The translations under genes and the position numbers were made by a program. Below are positions 52,071-61,476 of a DNA stretch of 64,000 nucleotides, piece after piece. Each line of letters opens with the position of its first letter. Within the stretch, counting starts at the first letter, position 1. The notes below the pieces were generated by a model. The model worked only from the letters and a program-made list of their open reading frames with translations, was not told the DNA's origin and searched no databases. The DNA is from Candidatus Sulfomarinibacteraceae bacterium. Lineage in GTDB: Bacteria > Acidobacteriota > Thermoanaerobaculia > Thermoanaerobaculales > Sulfomarinibacteraceae. Where the stretch lies: the NCBI GenBank assembly GCA_963796455.1, contig CAWCLO010000003.1, positions 32,001-96,000 of the forward strand. Direction: 5' to 3'.

Positions 52071-52129
52071 GGCTCCTCGAATAGGGCGAAAACTCACGCC
52101 AGGATACCCGATCGCGTTACGATGGGCAC

Positions 52130-52894
52130 TTGAAGAATCGTCCTCTATTCCGACCCCGCCTCTACGGCCACCGCGGCGCGCCGGCGCATCTGCCTGAAAA
52201 TACGATGGCGGCCTTCGAACGGGCGCTGGCCGATGGCGCCAATGCGCTCGAGCTCGACGTACATCCAACCGTCGACGGACATTTCATGGTCGCCCACGAT
52301 GCCGACGGCCTGAGGATGGCCGGTGAAGCGGAGGAGATCCGCGCCCTCCCGCTCGATCGTGTGCGGTGCTGGAAGATCGGTGGCTGCCATCAGGTCCCGA
52401 TCCTCACCGAAGTACTCGAGGCTTTTCCCGGCGTTCCGATGAGCATCGATCTCAAACCGGACGACCCCGATGCGGTTCCCGCTCTGCTCGAGGTCATCGC
52501 CCGTCACGGTGCCGAAAATCGGGTAACCCTGGCCAGCTTCAGCACACCGGTGGTGCAACGGATCCGCAGCCTTGGATACACCGGACGCACGACCCTTTCA
52601 AAGCAGGAGGTGGCCCTGCTTCGCTTCTTACCGGCGGTCATTGCGAGACGCTACGTCCACGGCGATGCCGCTCACATCCCGACTCATTCCGGACCGATCC
52701 GCCTCGACAACACTGCATTCATCAACCGTTGCCGGGCCCTGGATTTACGGATCGAGTACTGGGTGGTGGATGATCCCGTCGAAGCCCGCCGCCTGCTCGA
52801 GCTCGGCGCAACCGGCATCATGACCGACGATCCCGCCGCCATCGCACCAATTTTTCGCGATTTTGCCCCTGGGGGGCCTGAGAGACTCGCCTGA
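52130..52894 (+). CDS. Glycerophosphodiester phosphodiesterase family protein
   Basis: GHRGA, PENTMAAF, ELDVH, AHD, GIMTD. Confidence 0.92.
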   Translation: MKNRPLFRPRLYGHRGAPAHLPENTMAAFERALADGANALELDVHPTVDGHFMVAHDADGLRMAGEAEEIRALPLDRVRCWKIGGCHQVPILTEVLEAFPGVPMSIDLKPDDPDAVPALLEVIARHGAENRVTLASFSTPVVQRIRSLGYTGRTTLSKQEVALLRFLPAVIARRYVHGDAAHIPTHSGPIRLDNTAFINRCRALDLRIEYWVVDDPVEARRLLELGATGIMTDDPAAIAPIFRDFAPGGPERLA

Positions 52895-52955
52895 GGCCAG
52901 CTCTCTGCCAACTCTGCGAACGATCATGAAAACGGTGAAGAGATAATATGACCCC

Positions 52956-53399
52956 ATGAAAAAAATCAGCGGTCCACCGTCTCCTTCCGACCCAGACACC
53001 GGGTTCTGGCAGGGGCGATCGATCGCGCGGGTCGCCACCAGTCCCGATGGGATGACCGTTCTGGTCGGGCGCACCGCACGCGACAACGATGTGTTGTCGA
53101 TCAAGGTCGCAGCACCGCGGGACTTCTGGTTTCACGTTGCCGGTGAGTCCGGCTCCCACGTGGTGGTGCGCAACCCCGACAAGCTCGAGGCACTGCCGCG
53201 CGAGACCAAGCGTTTTGCGGCCTCGCTCGCCGCCGGCTACTCCAAGGCGCGCCGCGGCGGCAAGGTGGCGGTCCATATGGCCCGGGCGGGAGACGTTTCG
53301 AAGGCTCGTGGCCTCGCCCCTGGAAAAGTCCATCTGCGTCGCTTTCAGACCGTTCACGCGAGCCCTCTAAGGCTTGAAGAAGACGGAGAACAACCATGA
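52956..53399 (+). CDS. Stand-alone NFACT-R (DUF814) RNA-binding domain protein
   Basis: VGRTARDND, DFWFHV, GSHVV, AASLAAGYSK. Confidence 0.88.
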   Translation: MKKISGPPSPSDPDTGFWQGRSIARVATSPDGMTVLVGRTARDNDVLSIKVAAPRDFWFHVAGESGSHVVVRNPDKLEALPRETKRFAASLAAGYSKARRGGKVAVHMARAGDVSKARGLAPGKVHLRRFQTVHASPLRLEEDGEQP

Positions 53400-54262
53400 A
53401 GACTTACGGATCACAGAGCATGGTCGGAGAACTCAAGCGGGTGCTCGTTCGGCGTCCGGATGAGGCCTTTGGCAACGCCGATCCCGGTCGATGGCACTAC
53501 GTCGCCCAACCCGATCTCGATCAGGCGCAACGCGAACACGACGATTTCGTGGCCATATTGCGCGACAGCGGTTGTGACGTGCTCTATCACGATGCCCCGA
53601 TGCCGGACCACGCGGATGCGATTTTCACCCACGACCCGGTCATCGTGACCGACGAAGGAGCCATCGTCCTGCGTATGGGCAAGGAACTCCGGCGGGGAGA
53701 AGAGACGGCAATCGCCGACTCCCTCGAGCGACATGATGTCCCGATTTTTGCGACCCTCGAGGACGACGCGACCGCCGAGGGTGGCGACCTTCTGTGGTTA
53801 GACCACGAGACTCTTGCGGTCGGTCGCGGATACCGTACCAATGGCGAAGGACTGCGACAGCTCACGGCCGCGCTGCGCCCCATCGGGGTGGACTGTATCG
53901 AGGTCCAGTTGCCGCACGGCGACGGCCCTGATTCTTGTCTCCACCTCATGTCCCTGATCTCGATGCTCGATCACGATCTGGCTGTTGTCTACCCGCCGCT
54001 GATGCCGGTGCCTTTCTTCGAAGTCCTCAAAGACCGGGGCGTCACGGTGATCGAGGTTCCGGAGGAGGAGTATCCGACCATGGGGCCGAATGTGCTCGCG
54101 CTCGGCCCGAGACGTTGCCTTTCAATCGACGGCAATCCGGTAACCAGGAGGCGGATGGAGGCAGCCGGTTGTGAGGTTCTCACCTACCGGGGCTACGAAC
54201 TCTCGCTGAAGGCCGAGGGAGGCGCCACCTGTCTGACGCGGCCGGTCCTGCGCGCTCGATAG
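53396..54262 (+). CDS. Amidinotransferase / dimethylargininase / arginine deiminase family protein
   Basis: FTHDP, RRGE, EGGD, RTN, LHL, GGATCLT. Confidence 0.88.
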   Translation: MKTYGSQSMVGELKRVLVRRPDEAFGNADPGRWHYVAQPDLDQAQREHDDFVAILRDSGCDVLYHDAPMPDHADAIFTHDPVIVTDEGAIVLRMGKELRRGEETAIADSLERHDVPIFATLEDDATAEGGDLLWLDHETLAVGRGYRTNGEGLRQLTAALRPIGVDCIEVQLPHGDGPDSCLHLMSLISMLDHDLAVVYPPLMPVPFFEVLKDRGVTVIEVPEEEYPTMGPNVLALGPRRCLSIDGNPVTRRRMEAAGCEVLTYRGYELSLKAEGGATCLTRPVLRAR

Positions 54263-54275
54263 GGCCCGCCACGAG

Positions 54276-54317
54276 TTGACCGAAGTCAAGGCAAGACACC
54301 GTCCAACCTGCAAGAAT
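54276..54317 (+). promoter_or_regulatory. FNR/Crp-family box with class II promoter geometry
   Basis: TTGAC-cgaa-GTCAA (54276-54289) and -10-like AAGAAT (54312-54317). Confidence 0.68.
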
Positions 54318-54340
54318 CGGTCAAAAGCGAGGCATGAAAA

Positions 54341-54895
54341 ATGGATCCGATCGAAGCGCTCAGAAACGAGCACGTGTTGATCCGGCAATTCGTCGACCTC
54401 CTGTCGGTGGCGGTCGAGCGCCTCGAGATCGAAGAACCTCCACCCCGAGCCTTCTTCGACAACGGCATCGATTTTGTCCGCGGCTTTTCCGACGGTTTCC
54501 ACCACAAAAAGGAAGAGCTGGTGATGTTCCGGCAGTTGGCACAAAAAAAGAACGGCGCCATCGACGGTCAGATCGAGGCCCTCCGGTATCAGCACGATCA
54601 AGGCCGGAGCTTCATTCAGGCCATCGCCGGCGCCCTCGACGGTTATGCCGCTGGTGACCCGGGCGATGGGTCGATCGTGCGGGAGAACGCCGCCGCCTTC
54701 GCATCACTGCTGAAACACCACATCCACATCGAGGACCACATCTTCTTTCCCATGTCACAGGAGGAGATGAGCCCCCAAGAGCTCGAGGAGCTGGGTCTCA
54801 AGTTTGAAAAGGTGCAGAAAAAGCACGGATCGGACACCTTCGAGCGTTATCGCAAGCTTGTCAACGATCTCGACGAGATGCTCGGTGAACGATGA
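54341..54895 (+). CDS. Hemerythrin-domain protein
   Basis: NEH, FHHKKEE, QH, HIHIEDHIFFP. Confidence 0.9.
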   Translation: MDPIEALRNEHVLIRQFVDLLSVAVERLEIEEPPPRAFFDNGIDFVRGFSDGFHHKKEELVMFRQLAQKKNGAIDGQIEALRYQHDQGRSFIQAIAGALDGYAAGDPGDGSIVRENAAAFASLLKHHIHIEDHIFFPMSQEEMSPQELEELGLKFEKVQKKHGSDTFERYRKLVNDLDEMLGER

Positions 54896-55515
54896 ATCGC
54901 TCGGCCGACGAACTCGCCGAACAGGCCGGAGATTGGGCCCTGATGCGATTGTTACTGGCTCGACCCAATGAAGACTGGAAACGGGATCTGCTCCACTTTT
55001 CCACCGACACGGTCGACCCGGAGCTCACCAGTGCTGTCCAGATGGCCCAGGCCGAGGGCAACGACTACTTCCACCAGGCTCTTTTCGGAGTCGAGGGCCT
55101 CCTGACCTCGAGGGAATCGGAGTATCGTTTCGAGCGTGATCGAGGCGCGGTCCTGGCAGATCTCGAAGGGATGAGAGAGCGTTTTTCATTTTCCTGGGGC
55201 GGCGCCGAACCGGCCGACCACATTCTGGCCATGGTCGGATTGATGGCGCACATCCTCGACCTTCAGGCACGGGCTCTTCGTGACGATCAGATCGGCGAGG
55301 CCCTCTACCTCGAAGGCATCGCCGAATGGCTCAGGAGAGGCCATCTCGCGTGGTTTGCCGAGCAGATCGCCTCCGCCTTGAACTCGACTCAAGTCTGCTA
55401 TTTATCGCACGTGGCGCACGCACTCGAACAACGCGTCCTACCCGCCGGCGAGCGTGGGAAACCGGCACGCCGCCCGTCGGAATCGATCCGAGACCACGAA
55501 CCGACAAAAACCTGA
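54892..55515 (+). CDS. TorD/DmsD-like redox-enzyme maturation chaperone
   Basis: RESEY, LADLEG, EPADHI and HLAWF motifs; helical, about 200 aa. Confidence 0.65.
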   Translation: MNRSADELAEQAGDWALMRLLLARPNEDWKRDLLHFSTDTVDPELTSAVQMAQAEGNDYFHQALFGVEGLLTSRESEYRFERDRGAVLADLEGMRERFSFSWGGAEPADHILAMVGLMAHILDLQARALRDDQIGEALYLEGIAEWLRRGHLAWFAEQIASALNSTQVCYLSHVAHALEQRVLPAGERGKPARRPSESIRDHEPTKT

Positions 55516-55524
55516 GGAGGCATC

Positions 55525-56082
55525 ATGGACCCGATCGAGACCCTGACCAACGAGCACGGATTGATCCGACAATTTCTCGATACCCTGGCCCTGGCGGCGG
55601 AAAAAATCGAAAACGGGTCCCGCCCATCGTCGGCGTTCTTTGAAAAGGGGGTGGATTTTGCCCGGACGTTCGCCGACAAGTACCACCATTTCAAAGAGGA
55701 GCACGTCCTTTTTCTCCAACTCGCGCAGAAAAAGCAGGGTGAGGTGGATGCCCAACTCGAGGCCCTCCGATATGAGCATGAGCGCGGTCGTTCATTGGTC
55801 ACCGGAATCGAAAGTGCGCTCGAAGGATACGAAAAAAACGACCCGATCAAAACCGGTGAACTGCTCGAGAACGTGGCCGCGTATGTCTCGCTACTGCGCC
55901 ACCACATCCACGTCGAAGACCATGTGTTCTACCCGATGGCGCGAAAGACCCTGACCGCGGATGAGTTCGAGGCGCTGACCCCGGAATTCAAGAAGGCCCA
56001 CGACCGATACGGCTCCGACACCTTCGAACGCTGCCACAAAACCGTGGTGGATATGGGTTCGATCGTGACGCATATGCGGTGA
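55525..56082 (+). CDS. Hemerythrin-domain protein (paralog of 54341-54895)
   Basis: NEH, HHFKEE, EHERGR, HIHVEDHVFYP. Confidence 0.9.
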   Translation: MDPIETLTNEHGLIRQFLDTLALAAEKIENGSRPSSAFFEKGVDFARTFADKYHHFKEEHVLFLQLAQKKQGEVDAQLEALRYEHERGRSLVTGIESALEGYEKNDPIKTGELLENVAAYVSLLRHHIHVEDHVFYPMARKTLTADEFEALTPEFKKAHDRYGSDTFERCHKTVVDMGSIVTHMR

Positions 56083-56116
56083 ACGACCGCAGAACGAAGA
56101 GCGTCTCAAGAGCTGG

Positions 56117-56213
56117 GATGCGAATCGCAATCGCTATCGGGATCGCTATCGCTACGATCTGGCTTGATGGCCTACGGTCGTCGATAGCGATTCCGATAGC
56201 GATGGCGATAGCG
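56117..56213. repeat. Inverted hexamer arrays (ATCGCT)n ... (AGCGAT)n between convergent genes
   Basis: cgaatcgcaatcgctatcgggatcgctatcgctacgat ... tcgatagcgattccgatagcgatggcgatagcga. Confidence 0.85.
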
Positions 56214-56249
56214 ACCGGCCCGAAAGTCAGCGCGCTTGCGTCCGCCCAC

Positions 56250-57275
56250 TCAACTCCAAAAACCCACTCCAACCTTTGCGGGAGCCCCAGGCACCTCTCG
56301 CACGAGACGCGGGACCAGATAGCCCGGCAGTCGCGCGCACAGGTTCTCGAAGATGCTTTTTGCCTCAGCTTCAGGGACATCGAAGTGGGCCGCTCCAGCT
56401 ACAGGGTCGAGCATGTGGAGGTAGTAGGGCAGCACCCCGGCGGCAAAAAGCTCCTCGCTGAGTTCTGCGAGAACGTCAACCGAGTCGTTGACCCCACGCA
56501 AAAGCACCGATTGGTTGAGGAGGGTGATCTCGGTCGCACCCAGGGCGGCCAGGGCGCGGCGAACATCAGCATCGATTTCGTTGCGGTGATTGACGTGCAG
56601 CACCATCACCGTGGGCAACCCGAGCCCGCCGATCCACGAGGTCAATGCTCCGTCGACCCGCTGCGGTAGGACGATCGGCAGACGGGTGTGAATCCGTAAC
56701 CTTTTCAACTGCGGCAGCGCCGCCAACTTGCGAGCCAGCACTTCCAGCCGGGAGTCCGGCACCGACAACGGATCGCCGCCCGAGAGGATGACTTCGACGA
56801 TGGCGGGATCCGAGCCTATTCGATCGACGACGTCGTCCCACCCTGGTGGTACGGGTCCCTGGTCGGAGTACGGAAAATGACGCCGAAAACAATATCGGCA
56901 ATGAACGGCACAGGCGCCGGTCACCATCACCAGCGCCCGCCCGTGGTACTTGTGAAGCAAACCACCGGTGGGTGGATCCTGGAGCTCAGCGACCGGGTCA
57001 TTTCCAAAGCCCGGAACCGGCTTCGTCTCGAGGCCGATCGGCAATATCTGTCGGAGCAGGGGATCATCCGGATCACCACGATGTATGCGACTCACAAAGC
57101 CCCGTGGTACCCTGAGCCCGAAGCTGTCAGCGGCCTGAATCGCCTCGGCCCGAACGCCGAGGGACGAAGCGTTCAAGCCGAGCAACCCGAGCAACTCGTC
57201 GAGATCGGTGACCGCGTCGGCGAGGTGTTTCTTCCAGGCTCCAATCGGCCAAGGGGCATTTGATATCGTGCTCAT
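56250..57275 (-). CDS. epmB: EF-P beta-lysylation protein EpmB (KamA family)
   Basis: [48 protein letters not shown]; divergent from efp. Confidence 0.93.
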   Translation of the reverse strand: MSTISNAPWPIGAWKKHLADAVTDLDELLGLLGLNASSLGVRAEAIQAADSFGLRVPRGFVSRIHRGDPDDPLLRQILPIGLETKPVPGFGNDPVAELQDPPTGGLLHKYHGRALVMVTGACAVHCRYCFRRHFPYSDQGPVPPGWDDVVDRIGSDPAIVEVILSGGDPLSVPDSRLEVLARKLAALPQLKRLRIHTRLPIVLPQRVDGALTSWIGGLGLPTVMVLHVNHRNEIDADVRRALAALGATEITLLNQSVLLRGVNDSVDVLAELSEELFAAGVLPYYLHMLDPVAGAAHFDVPEAEAKSIFENLCARLPGYLVPRLVREVPGAPAKVGVGFWS

Positions 57276-57328
57276 CCGGCGCAGTCTCGCAGTTTCGGTA
57301 TGATCGATGCAAGCAAGGAGATCGTAAA

Positions 57329-57892
57329 ATGGCTACCTACAACCTGAATCAGGTCAAAGTCGGGCTCAAAATCATGGTCGACGGCGACCCCTGTGTCATC
57401 GTCGGGGCGGAGTTCGTCAAACCCGGCAAGGGGCAGGCTTTCACCAAAGTCAAATACAAGAACTACAAGACTGAACGGGTCAATGAAAAGACCCTCAAGG
57501 CCTCGGATACTTTCGAAGGGGCCGATGTCGTCGACAAAGAAATGCAGTATCTCTACACCGACGGCCGAACCTTCACCTTCATGGATCAGAACACCTATGA
57601 GCAGGTCGAGGCCAATGTCGAGGCGCTCGGCAACTCGCAACAGTTCCTGAAGGAAGAAGACCTGTGCATCGTCACCCTGCTCGAGGGCAATCCGATTGTG
57701 GTCACGCCGCCGAATTTCGTCGTCCTCGAGGTCACCGAAACCGACCCGGGGGTCAAGGGTGACACCTCGGGCGGCGGCAACAAGCCGGCGACCTGCGAAA
57801 CCGGCGCCGTGATCCGGGTGCCCCTCTTTGTCCAGCAGGGCGAAAAGGTCAAGGTGGACACTCGCACGGGAGAATATGTCTCGAGGGCTTGA
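57329..57892 (+). CDS. efp: Elongation factor P
   Basis: [37 protein letters not shown]. Confidence 0.98.
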   Translation: MATYNLNQVKVGLKIMVDGDPCVIVGAEFVKPGKGQAFTKVKYKNYKTERVNEKTLKASDTFEGADVVDKEMQYLYTDGRTFTFMDQNTYEQVEANVEALGNSQQFLKEEDLCIVTLLEGNPIVVTPPNFVVLEVTETDPGVKGDTSGGGNKPATCETGAVIRVPLFVQQGEKVKVDTRTGEYVSRA

Positions 57893-58034
57893 CCCCGCGT
57901 CCGAGTCCGCGTCCGCGTCCGTGACCGACTCGTATTCAGAGTTCGGAGTTCGGATTTCGGAGTTGCCACCAGCCAACCCCCCGAAACGGGACCGCGGGCG
58001 GAAACTCAAAACTCAAAACTCAAAACTCAAAACT
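57893..58034. repeat. Composite array: (GCGTCC)n hexamers, (GAGTTCG)n and (AAACTCA)4-5 heptamers
   Basis: Directly visible between efp and epmA. Confidence 0.88.
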
Positions 58035-58051
58035 GATCCCCGGTCTACGTT

Positions 58052-59027
58052 ATGACTTCGGCCCGAGACGATTGGCGCCCCACAGCATCCATCGAAATGC
58101 TTCGCCTCCGCGCCGAGGTGCTCTCCGTGATCCGCACGTTTTTTGCCGAACGTGGGGTGCTCGAGGTGGAGACTCCCCTGCTTGCTGCCGCGCCGGTCAC
58201 CGATGTCCACCTCAGCGCGCTGCGGAGCCGCTACCGGGGGCCGGGAGCCGACGACGGTCGCGAGCTCTTTCTTCAGACATCCCCCGAATTTGCCATGAAG
58301 AGGCTTCTGGCGGCCGGCTCCGGGCCCATCTACCAACTCTGTAAGGCCTTTCGCAACGGTGAGGCGGGCGGCATGCACAATCCGGAGTTCACGATGCTCG
58401 AGTGGTACCGCCCGGGTTGGGACCACCACAAACTGATGACCGAGATCGACCAACTCCTCTATGCGATTCTCGGTGTCCCCGAGGCCGAACGTCTGACCTA
58501 TGGCGAGGCCTTCCAAAGCCGTATCGATTTCGACCCCCACTCCATCTCGATTGAGGAGTTGCGGCAGCAGGTCTCGAAACTCGGGGTCGACGACCCCGAG
58601 GGGCTCGACCGCGACGATTTGTTGGATCTCGCCCTAACCCACATCGTCATGCCCACGCTCGGCCACGATCGACCAACCGTCATCCACGACTACCCCGCCT
58701 CTCAGGCTGCCCTCGCACGAACCCGGCCCGGTCCACCGCCGGTGGCCGAGCGTTTCGAGTTTTTTGTAGAAGGCGTCGAACTCGCAAACGGCTACCACGA
58801 ACTGGTGGATCCAGCCGAACAGCGGCGGCGCTTCGAAGCGGACCTTGAGCGCACGACGCAAGGCCGGTCTGGCAGAGGTCCCGATCGACCAACGGCTCCT
58901 GGCCGCCCTTGACGATGGTCTGCCCGACTGTGCTGGCGTGGCACTCGGGGTGGATCGTTTGGTGATGCTCAAAGCGGGAGCCCGTGAGATCTCCGAGGTC
59001 ATCGCGTTCCCGATCGACAGGGCGTAG
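58052..59027 (+). CDS. epmA: EF-P lysine aminoacylase EpmA, frameshift near 58850
   Basis: [41 protein letters not shown]; motif 3 (GVALGVDRL) lies in ORF 58845-59027. Confidence 0.92.
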
Positions 59028-59029
59028 CT

Positions 59030-59735
59030 CGGGAACAACGAACAGTAAACGGCGACAGCGGACAGCGTCAGCCAACAGAGGTCAGCGGCAGCGACAGTGG
59101 TCGGCGTCAGCGAACAGCACTCACATTTTCGGGTTCAACAGCCGCCAGGTCATGGCACGGACCTGATCGAAGGCGTTCATCGCGTCGCAGGCGGCTGTCC
59201 GACTGATAGCCCCCGCGTGGGCGAGAAGCTTCAAGTGGCTGTCGACCTCTTTGGCCGAGGCGTAGGCGATTCTCCAGTGGTTCGACCGGTCTCTACCGAA
59301 TCGGCCGTGCCCTTCCGCCAGATTCGCAGGGACTGAACTCGCCGACCGGATCACCTGATCGGCTATCGACTTCAACGGAGCTGGAACCCTCATCACAAGC
59401 TTTATCGCGATTCCCGCGGCTTCGAGGGCTTTCGAGTGGGCAACGAGGTTGGTGTTCGGGACGGCGTTGGACATGGTCACCTCCGGGTCGTTCATGCCTA
59501 TACCCACAAGCCGGTGTGGCGGGCGATGTCAAGGGTGCCCTGCACCCTGCCTGCCCTTGACATCGGTCGCCCACCGGCTACGCCTTCCGTTGAACGACCC
59601 GGAGGTGGCCACTTCGCCGCCTGGATTCCTGACCGCTGCTGCCGATCGCTGAACGCTGTTTCCGGTCGCTGTTCCCTGCCGCTGACGCTGGACACTGTCG
59701 CTGCCGCTGAATTTCGGGATCGGGATCGGGATCGC
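59030..59735 (-). mobile_element. Four-helix-bundle element family, copy E (intact gene, terminal 21-bp motif not seen)
   Basis: CAGCGN arms on both sides; leader hairpin 59475-59610 homologous to 4507-4642. Confidence 0.7.
59121..59474 (-). CDS. Four helix bundle protein (23S rRNA IVS protein / Avd-like family), 117 aa
   Basis: RBS ggaggtgacc-ATG; DQVIRSASSVPANLAEGHGR...IAYASAKEVDSHL. Confidence 0.9.
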   Translation of the reverse strand: MSNAVPNTNLVAHSKALEAAGIAIKLVMRVPAPLKSIADQVIRSASSVPANLAEGHGRFGRDRSNHWRIAYASAKEVDSHLKLLAHAGAISRTAACDAMNAFDQVRAMTWRLLNPKM

Positions 59736-59822
59736 TATCTAAGAATTCCGCCTCCGACCAGCCAGTCGATAGCGATAGCGAAGGCGATTCCGATAGCGAT
59801 TGACAAGCGCTATACTCCCCCC

Positions 59823-60500
59823 ATGACTCTCACATTGATCGTGGTGTTTTCGGCGCTCTTTGTAATGACCCACATCGGAATGAGCCACGGCTCCATCCGC
59901 CAGGGCCTGGTGGACAAAATGGGCCAGTGGCCGTTCCGTGGCCTGTATTCACTGGTGGCCTTCCTCACAATTGGGCCGGCCGCGGTCCTGTGGTGGCAAA
60001 ATCGCCATCTCGGCCCGGTCCTCTGGGAGCTGCCGTTCTGGGGTGAAAAGATCATCACCGGTGTGCTGGTGCTCGGCGGCTTCCTGCTGCTCTTCCAGCT
60101 GCTGGCAGACCCGAGTCCCGCCAGCATGATCCCGGCCAAGATCGAGGCCAGGGGTGTTCTCCGTATCACCCGCCATCCCATGAACATGGGAATCGCCCTG
60201 TGGGCGCTGGGCCACCTACTGGCCAACGGCATGGTGGGCGATGTGGCCTTTTTCGGTTCGTTTTTTCTGGTTGGGATGATCGGTCCGTACCAGATGGACG
60301 CACGCCTGAAGCGGCAGAAGGGCCAAGATTTCGTGGAATTCTGCAAACAGACATCCGTGATTCCCTTTTCGGCAATCCTCGGCCGCCGCAACCGCCTCGC
60401 CCTCGATGAGCTCTCGTTACCGTTGATCATCCTCGCCGTGGCCGCCTTCGTCGCACTGGCATTTTTCCACGGCAACTTGTTCGGTGGAGAGGTGTATTAG
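59823..60500 (+). CDS. NnrU-family membrane protein
   Basis: FRGLYSLVA, GVLRITRHPM, WALGHLLANG, TSVIPF. Confidence 0.88.
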   Translation: MTLTLIVVFSALFVMTHIGMSHGSIRQGLVDKMGQWPFRGLYSLVAFLTIGPAAVLWWQNRHLGPVLWELPFWGEKIITGVLVLGGFLLLFQLLADPSPASMIPAKIEARGVLRITRHPMNMGIALWALGHLLANGMVGDVAFFGSFFLVGMIGPYQMDARLKRQKGQDFVEFCKQTSVIPFSAILGRRNRLALDELSLPLIILAVAAFVALAFFHGNLFGGEVY

Positions 60501-60692
60501 GGGCACCGAGAATCAGGTTTCACCGTTCGCATTGATTGGCCGCGGATCACGCGGTCGAAAACAGACGAGGCCACCCCTTCCTGGCTGCACCGATTGGCGC
60601 CTCGAGCCTCGGCTGCGTTGGCCGGTCAACGGCATCTCGATTTCCGAGTTCCCAATTCCTGATTCCCAATTCTGCAGAGCTATACTCTTGCG

Positions 60693-61424
60693 GTGACAAC
60701 AGCTGCTGCAATCATCATCGGTGACGAAATTCTCTCGGGCAAGGTTCGCGATGCCAATGCACCGCCACTGATTGATCTGTTCTCCGAGATGGGGGTCGAT
60801 CTGCGAAAGGTCTCCTTCATCAGCGACGAGGACGAGGACATCATTGCCGAAGTCCGCGCCTGTTCGGAACTCTACGACGTGGTCATCACCTCGGGAGGCG
60901 TCGGTCCGACCCACGACGACCGAACGGTCGACGCCATCGCCGCGGCATTCGGAGTCGGGGTGTTGCTCCACCCGGATCTCGAAAGAATGATCCGGGCGTG
61001 GTGGGGAGAACGCTTCACCGAAGCTGCTCTGAGAATAGGCCGCGTGCCCGAGGGCAGCCGATTGGTTTATTCAGGCGATGGCCTGATCCCTCTCGTGGTC
61101 TTTCAGAACATCTATATCTTCCCGGGCATCCCCCGTCTCTTTGCCGCGAAGATCGTTGGTCTCCGTGACGAAATCGAAGGTGCCGAACGAACTCTTGTCA
61201 ATCTCTTTTTGAGCCCCGACGAAAGCGCGATTGCCGAGAGGCTGGCTGCGGTCGACAGCGAGATTCCCGATGTCAAGATCGGCAGCTACCCGCGGTCCGA
61301 GGGTGAGGACCACCGGGTGTGGGTCACGGTGGAGGCCGCCGAAAAAGAGACCGTCGAGGCAACCATCGCACGCCTTCTCGAACTCCTCGACGACGACGAA
61401 ATCGTCCGGATCGAGAGACCCTGA
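60693..61424 (+). CDS. Molybdopterin-binding domain protein (CinA N-terminal-like)
   Basis: IIIGDEILSGKVRDAN, TSGGVGPTHDD, FPGIP, IGSYP. Confidence 0.9.
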   Translation: MTTAAAIIIGDEILSGKVRDANAPPLIDLFSEMGVDLRKVSFISDEDEDIIAEVRACSELYDVVITSGGVGPTHDDRTVDAIAAAFGVGVLLHPDLERMIRAWWGERFTEAALRIGRVPEGSRLVYSGDGLIPLVVFQNIYIFPGIPRLFAAKIVGLRDEIEGAERTLVNLFLSPDESAIAERLAAVDSEIPDVKIGSYPRSEGEDHRVWVTVEAAEKETVEATIARLLELLDDDEIVRIERP

Positions 61425-61476
61425 TCCGTGAGTTTCGAACGCCCTTCGGTGGACGGCGGCCGCACGAGAGTCAGTT

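Noticed and set aside
59121..59474. 23S rRNA gene with an intervening sequence
   Set aside because: The flanks are epmA and nnrU; no rRNA sequence is present.
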